This document shows positions 18,829 to 26,572 of a DNA stretch of 33,397 nt, piece by piece. Location of the stretch: positions 1-33,397 of the forward strand of contig CBDCEW010000009.1 of NCBI GenBank assembly GCA_965215885.1. The letters are read 5' to 3'. This DNA is from Candidatus Moanibacter sp. GTDB taxonomy: Bacteria; Verrucomicrobiota; Verrucomicrobiia; Opitutales; UBA2987. The notes under the pieces were generated by a model. It did not search any database, had not been told where the DNA came from, and worked only from the letters and a program-made list of their open reading frames with translations. The stretch's first letter is position 1; every line of letters starts with the position of its first letter. Position numbers and translations under genes: made by a program.

Positions 18829-21780
18829 TCATTTGCATTCCAATAGCGGATGCGTCCGGCGCCACTTTTGCTCCAGGATCCCGGGATCAATCGGCAGGGA
18901 AGTGAGGGGATACTCACCCACGTAGGCGTGCTCCGATCGCACGGGCCCCAGTTGTCCCACGATCCCGGAATGCTCCATTTCAGCCAATCCGGTCCAGAAC
19001 TCTGCTACCTCGCGTAGAGAATCGAGATCAAGTTGCGAACTGAGACGATCGCCCGGCCGCAACAGGCTTACGGACAAGCTGCGGCAGCCCATGCCGTAGA
19101 GAACGAGGGCGTACAAACCCAGCTGCAATCCGTTTCCCCTTACGAAGTTTTTCCTGGTAATTTTTTGCGCGCTCCTGCTTGTCTTTAAATCAATAATCCA
19201 AGCCGGGCACTCGGCGGGCCAACCGTCGCCCGTTTTCGCCAACGCCTCGAAATCCGTGGAGAGCAGGAGATCGATTCGCCCTCTAACGCTAATCTGTTCA
19301 CCAGCAGGCAACTGCGCGGCTGAGCCTGGCGGGAGCACAAATTCGCTCGCCACGGCGGGCCACTCTCCGATATGCGAGACTTCAACGGCTGCCTCCCGCG
19401 CCAATCGCAGAGCCTCATTCCACTCCGCAAGCCACCAATCCGGCAACGCGCGCCCGCACGAACTATAGGCCTGACTAACTCTGCCATACGTCCTTTTCGC
19501 ACTCCGTTCTACCAGTTGTAGCCACAGTTTCTCGTCAGGCATCGGCACGAAATCGCCGGTCCGATCGAGGCGCAACCAGGCATGTGCCCAACTCCCCACC
19601 ATCTGATGGGAAAAGTTCCCTTCCGAATAGTACCTTCGCTTAGAAACCTTGATAATGGAATTTAACCACACCTTGGCAGGACGTTTCAGAATCTCGTCCC
19701 ATGCCGTGGAGGTCAGCTTAAGCCCTCCCTCGGGAGGTCGAGCGTAGCCGAATTCATACTTGCCAAATGGTCGCTCTCCATCCCTTCGCTGCGAATATGC
19801 TTCGAGGGTCGGTGCAACCAACGAACTTCTGTCGCTCTCTCGTCTGTGAAAAGTGCTCAACCAGGCACTCGTCTGATCCGACAGGCGGGATAATTCGAGA
19901 TCATCGAGAAGCCTTCCCCGTTCTGTCCAGAAAAGGCGGAGCAGCCAATCACACGGAACTGCAACCCGAGTCCGATCCGTTTCCTTGGCGCGTCCAAAGG
20001 TTACGGCAAACGCTTCCTCTGTCACTTCCATGACGCGATTCAACCGTATGAGCGTATGAATTCCTTCCTCTGAAGAATTCCGAAGTCGGCCACGCCTCCC
20101 GCTCGCCTTCAAATGACCCTCTCCCTGGGAACCGGTTTTTACTACGCGACTGTTCAGACGTCTAAGATCCTCGGCGTCTAGAAACGGCGTCTGCCTTCCT
20201 TCTCCGGACCACACATCCGCGCTCATTTCGGCTGCGATCACGTGACTCCACTCTTGTCCATCCGCCTCGTCTAACGCCAGCATGGTCACCTTCGCATAAG
20301 GATGCCTGCCCAACGGAGGTCGCGTGCGTTCCGGCACCCGTGCGATTTCGCGAAGCCAGGCCAGAAAGCTCTGGCGCGATATGGGCGCCTCGCCGGAGAG
20401 CGCCTTGAGCCTCGAGGAATGATTCTCCATAGCTTCCCGACTTTTCGGCCAACCGAGTTGCCCAACGGCCTGCCTCGTTTTATCAAAAAACTCGCCAAAG
20501 TCCCCCCGTTTGGGCAAAGAGGGCCAGGCCCGCAACACAGCTATAGTGCAATCATCACCCGACGCCTCTTGAACAAAGGCCCGCAGGACATCGAGGTCAT
20601 CGGTCAATACGGAGTTGAAGGCACCCATTAAGACACGCCTCACCGTTTCGGCGGTCTCCGCGGTAACCTTTCCTCTGCTCGAAAGCACTCCAACGAAATC
20701 GATGAAGGTATCGAGCAGTTGCTCCTCTTGAAAACGCATCCATCCCTCAAAAGCCGCTTGCGCCCTTTCCCGCCCGGGGAAATGCCCCAAAGCGTCGTAA
20801 TGCGCGATCCCATATTCGGTCAACTTCAACGAAACCTCACGCGAAAGCGCCGAGCCCCGGGGAAACACGATTCCAAGCCTCTCGCAGCTCGCACTGCCCA
20901 AAAAGGTCAACGCCTGAGCGACTATTGCCTCTGACTCTTCAAGGATACTATTGGCAACCCGGTAAGTTACTCCTCTCCCTTCATCCGTCCCTGAACCCGT
21001 CTCGAGCAGGTTTTCCAGATTGAACGCCACCTCCCGAAACGGCCATTTCGGAGAAGCTGTTGCACCCGCAAGAATCTCCGCCGGGCCATAGCGCTCCTCC
21101 CAAGAGCCCAACCAGACTTGACTGGATTCCGTTAGACCACCTTCCAGTAGTACGAATACGGCACTCCGGGCCGCATCGAGCCCGGCGCCGAGCAGGGCAT
21201 ACAGATTCCAGTGCCAATCCGAAAATCCATAGAGCAATATCTCTTCGAAAAGTGGCGCCTCATTATCCCTCTTCCTCCAAAGTTCATGGTCCGCCACCTC
21301 TACCGTCTGCAGATTGAATGCCTCTAAACAGGCAAAGTACTCCTCTGCTATCTCGCGTAGCGGTTGCTCTGCAAAGGCCTCCGGCCCCCAGCCTGCGCAC
21401 CCTAAGATACCGAGAACGCGAACGAATTCATCGGGCGATCGCGAGACGGCCGTAGCTACGGGATTCTCCGCTACCCGCTCCGCCGCCAGCGCCATGATGA
21501 GACGCAAATCTTCGCGCATCGCAACGCTCTTCATACCCGGGGACTCCCGCAGCAATCGATCGCGCAACGCCCCAGGAGTATAAAAGGAAAGCCCTATCGT
21601 GTTCAGTCCCGCCTCCAGAATCTGCTTTTTCAGGAATGCGGAAGCGGCCGCCGAAGGCACCACGGCAGCGACCGGGCGCTCTGCTTTCCAAGCCTCTGTC
21701 GCGAGCCTTTCAAACCATTGCTCAAGAACGCCACTCCAGGCTTCTTCGAAATGTGAGGCCTGATAGAGGCTAACCGTCAC
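18829..21780 (-). CDS. AddB-like partner: degenerate helicase fold plus PD-(D/E)XK nuclease
   Basis: 983 aa directly upstream of addA; C-terminal GRIDLL..IIDLKT..QLGLY; no Walker A or four-Cys Fe-S motif seen. Confidence 0.75.
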   Translation of the reverse strand: MTVSLYQASHFEEAWSGVLEQWFERLATEAWKAERPVAAVVPSAAASAFLKKQILEAGLNTIGLSFYTPGALRDRLLRESPGMKSVAMREDLRLIMALAAERVAENPVATAVSRSPDEFVRVLGILGCAGWGPEAFAEQPLREIAEEYFACLEAFNLQTVEVADHELWRKRDNEAPLFEEILLYGFSDWHWNLYALLGAGLDAARSAVFVLLEGGLTESSQVWLGSWEERYGPAEILAGATASPKWPFREVAFNLENLLETGSGTDEGRGVTYRVANSILEESEAIVAQALTFLGSASCERLGIVFPRGSALSREVSLKLTEYGIAHYDALGHFPGRERAQAAFEGWMRFQEEQLLDTFIDFVGVLSSRGKVTAETAETVRRVLMGAFNSVLTDDLDVLRAFVQEASGDDCTIAVLRAWPSLPKRGDFGEFFDKTRQAVGQLGWPKSREAMENHSSRLKALSGEAPISRQSFLAWLREIARVPERTRPPLGRHPYAKVTMLALDEADGQEWSHVIAAEMSADVWSGEGRQTPFLDAEDLRRLNSRVVKTGSQGEGHLKASGRRGRLRNSSEEGIHTLIRLNRVMEVTEEAFAVTFGRAKETDRTRVAVPCDWLLRLFWTERGRLLDDLELSRLSDQTSAWLSTFHRRESDRSSLVAPTLEAYSQRRDGERPFGKYEFGYARPPEGGLKLTSTAWDEILKRPAKVWLNSIIKVSKRRYYSEGNFSHQMVGSWAHAWLRLDRTGDFVPMPDEKLWLQLVERSAKRTYGRVSQAYSSCGRALPDWWLAEWNEALRLAREAAVEVSHIGEWPAVASEFVLPPGSAAQLPAGEQISVRGRIDLLLSTDFEALAKTGDGWPAECPAWIIDLKTSRSAQKITRKNFVRGNGLQLGLYALVLYGMGCRSLSVSLLRPGDRLSSQLDLDSLREVAEFWTGLAEMEHSGIVGQLGPVRSEHAYVGEYPLTSLPIDPGILEQKWRRTHPLLECK

Positions 21781-21789
21781 CTTTCGATA

Positions 21790-21954
21790 CTACATGCAGG
21801 TGACCAATGCCGTCGCACACAGATCCGTCGGCGAAAAAGCCTCGCCTCTCCCCTTATTATCGGTCGGAGCATCGGTGCTCAGGGTCGAACCGGAAGGGGT
21901 GTGTCGGGCCGAACAATGCAAATCCCCTTCGTAAGCTGCCGTAATTTCTACCAT
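21790..21954 (-). pseudogene. Truncated OsmC-family protein (54 aa)
   Basis: Manual translation [54 protein letters not shown]; matches the OsmC/YhfA N-terminal half. Confidence 0.8.
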
Positions 21955-22017
21955 GGAGTCCCATTATGCTGATGTTACTATCAGCTTCAACACAATACTA
22001 TGAGCCTGACGAACGTT

Positions 22018-22268
22018 GTACGTGTTTAGCGTGATGGCCTATGGTCGTAAAGTTCTTGCAGATTTTTTCGCCGTTCGGGGTCATGCCCTTAAGAAGTGTC
22101 TGTTTTTCCGCTTCGCTGAGGGGGTCAGGCCTTACAAACCGCACTACGCCCTTCGACAAAGCTCAGGGACTGCGTCAGGCTCAGGTGTCCTGCCGTACGG
22201 CAGGACTAAGGCTTGACCCCTTGATCCAACATCGAACATAGCTGATTGCCATCACGCTAAACACGTAC
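22018..22268. mobile_element. MITE-like element with 21-bp perfect terminal inverted repeats
   Basis: GTACGTGTTTAGCGTGATGGC 22018-22038 / GCCATCACGCTAAACACGTAC 22248-22268; carries nested REP-like units. Confidence 0.75.
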
Positions 22269-22431
22269 CGGACCTTGCCGGCACGCTGATAGTAAAGCGG
22301 GAAAGGCTGCCCCCTCTTGACTTGGTACTTCGTTTCGTGAATACGGTGATGGTTGTCTAGGTAGAACCGGGATAGAGACAGGCATTCTACACACTCTGGA
22401 TAGAAGGTGGCTGACTGCTCAAACATCTGGG

Positions 22432-23868
22432 ATGGTATCATATATCAAAAGACGATGGAGCGCCGAGGGAGGCTATCGAGAGTTTCTCGCGATCGCTTTG
22501 CCCTTGATCCTCAGCACCGCCACCTGGAGTATTCAGCTGTTCATTGACCGCGTCTTTCTCGCCTGGCACTCCACCGAATCTCTCGCTGCCGCCATGCCGG
22601 CCGGCATGACCAGCTTCGCATTCGCCTGCTTCTTTCTCGGCGTGGCCCGCTACATAAACACCTTCGTCGCCCAGTACGAAGGCGCGCAAAAGCAGGCGCG
22701 CATCGGTCCATCAATCTGGCAGGGCGTCTATCTGGCAATCGTAAGCGGCTTCTTCGGCTGGTACCTGAGCACCCACTCCGCCCTCATTTTCAATTGGGTC
22801 GGTCATGAACCGCGAATTCGCGAAGAGGAGATCATTTACTTCCGCATTCTCTGTTTCGGGTTCGCTCCCATTGTCCTCTCCACAGCTGCTTCATGCTTTT
22901 ATAGCGGGCGCGGCAAGACCTGGACAATCTTAGCTGTAAACGCTGTATCCATGGTTATCAACATCGTCCTGGATTACGGCCTCATCTTTGGAAGGTGGGG
23001 ACTCCCTCAGTGGGGTATCGCAGGGGCGGCCTGGGCGACTAATGTCGCCTCCCTCGTTTGCGCCGTTATCTATTTTATTCTCATCACAAGAAAACGCTAT
23101 CGAGAGCGCTATAATACCACAAACGGTTGGAAACCGGATATTGAACTGATCCGGCGCCTCCTACGATACGGTGGCCCGGACGGCCTAACCTTCATGCTGG
23201 ATATTCTCGCATTCACCATTTTTATCCTCATCGTGGGCCGGCTTGGCACGATCGAATTAGCGGCCACCAACTTGGCCTTCAACATCAACAGCCTGGCTTT
23301 TATGCCCCTCATCGGCGGCGGCATAGCCATTACTACAATGGTTGGGCAGCGATTGGGAAGAAACCGGCCTCAAGATGCCGAATACGCCACTTGGAGCGGT
23401 CTCCACTTCGCCATCCTCTATATGGGATCGATGGCCCTCGCATACCTCATTGTTCCGAATCTCTTCCTCCTCGCTTTCGGCATCCACGCCCAAGGGGAGG
23501 AATTCCACATCGCCCAGACTCTCGCCGTTAAGCTGCTCCGTTTTGTTGCCCTCTACTGTGTCTTCGACGCATTCTATATGATTTTTACCGCCGCCCTGAA
23601 AGGTGCCGGAGACACCCGATTCATTCTTAAAGTGTCGGTTTCACTGGGCTGGACCGTTATGGTCTTTCCCTCCTATCTCTGGCTTACTTACATCTCAGAT
23701 AATATCTACGTCCTCTGGTGCTTCCTCTGTGCATTCGTCATCTTTGGCGGGATCATCTTTTATCTGCGTTTTCGATCAGGAAAATGGAAGAATATGCGGG
23801 TCATTGAAGAGTCTCCCTCCGTGGAATGTCCTACTTTCAGGCAGGAAACGAACATTATTCCCGACTAG
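22432..23868 (+). CDS. MATE family efflux transporter
   Basis: LAIALPLIL, FVAQYEGA, GIAGAAWAT, MVGQRLG, ALKGAGDT; many hydrophobic segments. Confidence 0.92.
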   Translation: MVSYIKRRWSAEGGYREFLAIALPLILSTATWSIQLFIDRVFLAWHSTESLAAAMPAGMTSFAFACFFLGVARYINTFVAQYEGAQKQARIGPSIWQGVYLAIVSGFFGWYLSTHSALIFNWVGHEPRIREEEIIYFRILCFGFAPIVLSTAASCFYSGRGKTWTILAVNAVSMVINIVLDYGLIFGRWGLPQWGIAGAAWATNVASLVCAVIYFILITRKRYRERYNTTNGWKPDIELIRRLLRYGGPDGLTFMLDILAFTIFILIVGRLGTIELAATNLAFNINSLAFMPLIGGGIAITTMVGQRLGRNRPQDAEYATWSGLHFAILYMGSMALAYLIVPNLFLLAFGIHAQGEEFHIAQTLAVKLLRFVALYCVFDAFYMIFTAALKGAGDTRFILKVSVSLGWTVMVFPSYLWLTYISDNIYVLWCFLCAFVIFGGIIFYLRFRSGKWKNMRVIEESPSVECPTFRQETNIIPD

Positions 23869-23950
23869 TCCCGGCTGGCCGGGATCGGACTTTATGCCTC
23901 ATTCGGAAGAATTACTGGGTTTCATTCCGATCCCGGCCAGCCGGGACTAG
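23865..23950. repeat. 86-bp element with perfect 25-bp inverted arms ending in CTAG
   Basis: CTAGTCCCGGCTGGCCGGGATCGGA 23865-23889 and its exact reverse complement at 23926-23950. Confidence 0.85.
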
Positions 23951-24046
23951 AAAGGAATCTGTCGGTCTTACCCGGGTCGGAATCTCGATCTGAAACCATA
24001 AAATCTACACCATTGGGATGTTAGGAATCCTAAGTCCGATAGATTC

Positions 24047-24294
24047 CTAGCCCGCTTATTTCACACTATTCAGAAGCGTGGATGGCAAGGCCCGAGCGAA
24101 ATCCCGTGCGGGCGCGCACTACTGTGCGTAACCGCTCGGGATTTCCGCGAGAACGCTGCCACGCCGCGCTTGTGGATGTGAGCTTTGGCGCAAACTCAAG
24201 CGAAAACGCGCTGTATCTCTCCTCGATATCGCAACCAATTCTTCAGTATCTACTTAACTCCGTTTGCGCCAAAGCGGTGAAATGTGTGGGCTAG
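24047..24294. mobile_element. MITE-like element with CTAG-terminated 18-bp imperfect inverted repeats
   Basis: CTAGCCCGCTTATTTCAC / GTGAAATGTGTGGGCTAG (15/18); internal IR GCTTTGGCGCAAAC 24182-24195 / 24262-24275. Confidence 0.65.
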
Positions 24295-25004
24295 CTTTCA
24301 ATCCTCTCTATCAGCTGCCTCACTTCCACGATGATCTCCGCCTTTTCCTCTTCCTTAATCCTGCCTGTCACCTCCAAACCCATTACTCCGTCGGTGAACG
24401 ACATCGCCAAAACCTTGAATCCGGGCCGCTCCCTTAGCGGCAAATAGACATATCCCACGCTCCGTATCTCCCGCAGAAGGCTCAATAATCTCGGAATTCC
24501 TTCCGGAATTCCAGGCACCGTCGCACCCCGATAGATTCTCTCTACCTCTTCTTCCCGCATCCGCGACAGCAACGCCATGCCCAAAGCCGTTTCACTCGCC
24601 TCTACGCACTCCGTCGTCATCCTCAACCCCTCTTCCCATCGCTCCGGTTCTCCCCTCGCAAGATACGATACCGTCCCCTCCCATAATACTCCCACCGCCA
24701 CGGAGTGCGGGTGTCTCCGCGGTATCTCCCCCAACAACCCAACGCACCGCTTCAGTAGTTCCCAACCCAATATACTCTGCGCACCGAGAACTCGTATCCC
24801 CGCTCCAGGACGAAATTTTCGCTCAGAATCCTGCCGCACCAGTCCAATATGAGCCAATGTCTTTAACAATCGATGCACCCGCGTCGGTTCAATCTGTAGC
24901 CTTCGCGCCATCTCCCGCGCTCCCACTGGCCCCCTCCCCACCACCAGCGCTCGTAAACACCGAATGCCATCAATTAAACTCTCATTGGGTTGTGCAGGAA
25001 GCAT
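24291..25004 (-). CDS. IclR family transcriptional regulator
   Basis: N-terminal HTH GAREMARRLQIEPTRVHRLLKTLAHIGLV; C-terminal TALGMALLS, EIRSVGY. Confidence 0.85.
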   Translation of the reverse strand: MLPAQPNESLIDGIRCLRALVVGRGPVGAREMARRLQIEPTRVHRLLKTLAHIGLVRQDSERKFRPGAGIRVLGAQSILGWELLKRCVGLLGEIPRRHPHSVAVGVLWEGTVSYLARGEPERWEEGLRMTTECVEASETALGMALLSRMREEEVERIYRGATVPGIPEGIPRLLSLLREIRSVGYVYLPLRERPGFKVLAMSFTDGVMGLEVTGRIKEEEKAEIIVEVRQLIERIES

Positions 25005-25007
25005 AAA

Positions 25008-25043
25008 ATGCTATAGTAGCATTATTTAATGCTGTTATAGCAA
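25008..25043. promoter_or_regulatory. Tandem palindromic operator pair ATGCT-N5-AGCA(T/A) overlapping a probable leaderless promoter
   Basis: ATGCTATAGTAGCAT 25008-25022 and ATGCTGTTATAGCAA 25029-25043; minus strand has TGc-TACTAT 8 nt before the ATG. Confidence 0.6.
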
Positions 25044-25098
25044 GTCTAATATTCCATGTTCAACACTGAGCAGAAAAGTCATATTTCAGCACTCTCTA

Positions 25099-25264
25099 TT
25101 AGGAATTTTTCCACGGTGGGCTTCGCCCCATCCCACTGTGCCTGCCGGTGAACACAAGCCTCAGCTCGAATAGAGACTGAGTTAAGCTTTCGTTTTCGTC
25201 CCTCATCGCTCGATCACCGCAAGGAACAGTGGGATGGCTACTGCATCCGCGGGTATTCTCTTTA
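25099..25264 (+). repeat. ~160 bp structured dispersed repeat, copy B
   Basis: CCACGGTGGGCTTCGCCCCATCCCACTGT...GATCACCGCAAGGAACAGTGGGATGGCTACTGCATC. Confidence 0.85.
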
Positions 25265-25469
25265 TCGAGAGAGTTTACGACGATGATTACGACAAGCTTT
25301 GGCTGGGAATTTCAGTAGGGAGGAGAAGGACATCTCACAGATTTCCGGACTCCCACGAAGCCGCCACGGAAAAGCCTTGATTTTTTGAAATTTGGATCTG
25401 AACAATGCGGTTTCACTTTCTAACCCGAAGATCTGTGAGAACTTCGGGTTGGGGCCCAAAAGCTAGACA

Positions 25470-26114
25470 ATGATACAGGGAAAGCTCGTTAAGGCGAAGG
25501 AACGGTGGGCCGAAAGGCAGATTGCAAAAGGGGCCAAAGCGCTGGAGCGGCCCACAGAGGAGCGCCTCCCTCCCGGGCAACATCTCACGCGAGGATTCCC
25601 GGTCCTCGATCTTGGAATTAAACCGGAGACAACGCTGGAGGAATGGCGGCTTCAGATCGATGGTCTGGTGGAGAAACCTGTCGAACTCGATTGGAAGCGT
25701 TTCAACGAACTCTCGCAAGCTCAAGACATATCGGACCTTCACTGCGTCACGACATGGAGCAAATTCGACTGCCGGTGGGAGGGGGTGCCCTTCACGGAAA
25801 TTTACGATCTGGTAAAGCCGCTGCCTGAAGCTGCCTACGTCTTATTCACAGCCTACGACGACTACACCGTAAATGTCCCTCTCGCAACGCTCCTGGACGA
25901 GGACGTCCTGATCGCGACAAAGTTCGAAGGCGGGCCGCTCCCGAGGGAGCACGGCGGTCCGGCGAGAGTGATCATACCAAAACTGTATGGCTGGAAAGGG
26001 GCGAAATTCGTAAGGCATCTCCACTTTATGAAAGAGGACAAACTCGGATTTTGGGAAGTAAGGGGCTATTCCAACACCGCTGACCCATTCACTGAAGACC
26101 GTTACGCAACGTAA
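25470..26114 (+). CDS. Sulfite oxidase-like molybdopterin-binding oxidoreductase (YuiH-like)
   Basis: RLPPGQ, DLHCVTTWS, EHGGPARVIIPKLYGWKGAK, GFWEVRGY. Confidence 0.9.
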   Translation: MIQGKLVKAKERWAERQIAKGAKALERPTEERLPPGQHLTRGFPVLDLGIKPETTLEEWRLQIDGLVEKPVELDWKRFNELSQAQDISDLHCVTTWSKFDCRWEGVPFTEIYDLVKPLPEAAYVLFTAYDDYTVNVPLATLLDEDVLIATKFEGGPLPREHGGPARVIIPKLYGWKGAKFVRHLHFMKEDKLGFWEVRGYSNTADPFTEDRYAT

Positions 26115-26228
26115 TTCCGCGCGTTAAAGAAGGCGGGGAAGTAGAGCGATAGTCTACTGGAATCACGGTGTGCCCATCGTAACCGTCGACGAAAGTGCTA
26201 GCAATGGCCGGGGCCTACGGACTCTCTC

Positions 26229-26387
26229 TTAAGAGTTTACCCACGGTGGGCTGCGCCCGATCCCACTGTCCTTGACAGTGACCCACACTCTTCTGATCGC
26301 ACAGAGAATGAGTTGAGCTCTTATCCCTCATCGATCGACAGCCGTGAGGAATAGTGGTATGGCTACTGCATCAGTGGGATACCTTAG
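26229..26387 (+). repeat. ~160 bp structured dispersed repeat, copy C
   Basis: TTAAGAGTTTACCCACGGTGGGCTGCGCCCGATCCCACTGT...AGTGGTATGGCTACTGCATCAGTGGG. Confidence 0.85.
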
Positions 26388-26440
26388 GTTAACACCCATG
26401 CGGCTCCCCGGGATGGGGAATTTCCAAGCTAAAGGTCGCT

Positions 26441-26572
26441 TTAGTTCAAGAGCAATAGGCGAGCCCTTCCCCGACGCAGAAGACCGCTCTTGAGGATGCG
26501 CGTCTAAGCCCGCCGCGGGTTTTCAAGGCTGCCTCGGCCCCAGGAGCAACCGCCTCGTCCATCCAATAGCAA
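26441..26572 (-). pseudogene. 3' fragment of a MOSC-domain gene, truncated at the IS left end
   Basis: Manual translation CYWMDEAVAPGAEAALKTRGGLR / (1-nt shift) RILKSGLLRRGRARLLLLN*; resembles the MOSC C-terminal C..RGG.RA.I...G pattern. Confidence 0.7.

Noticed and set aside
15702..21780. Novel helicase-nuclease anti-phage system
   Set aside because: Sizes, order and motifs fit housekeeping AddAB.
25099..26387. Composite transposon formed by repeat copies B and C around the oxidoreductase
   Set aside because: The copies are quite diverged and no outer target duplication is visible; independent insertions are simpler.
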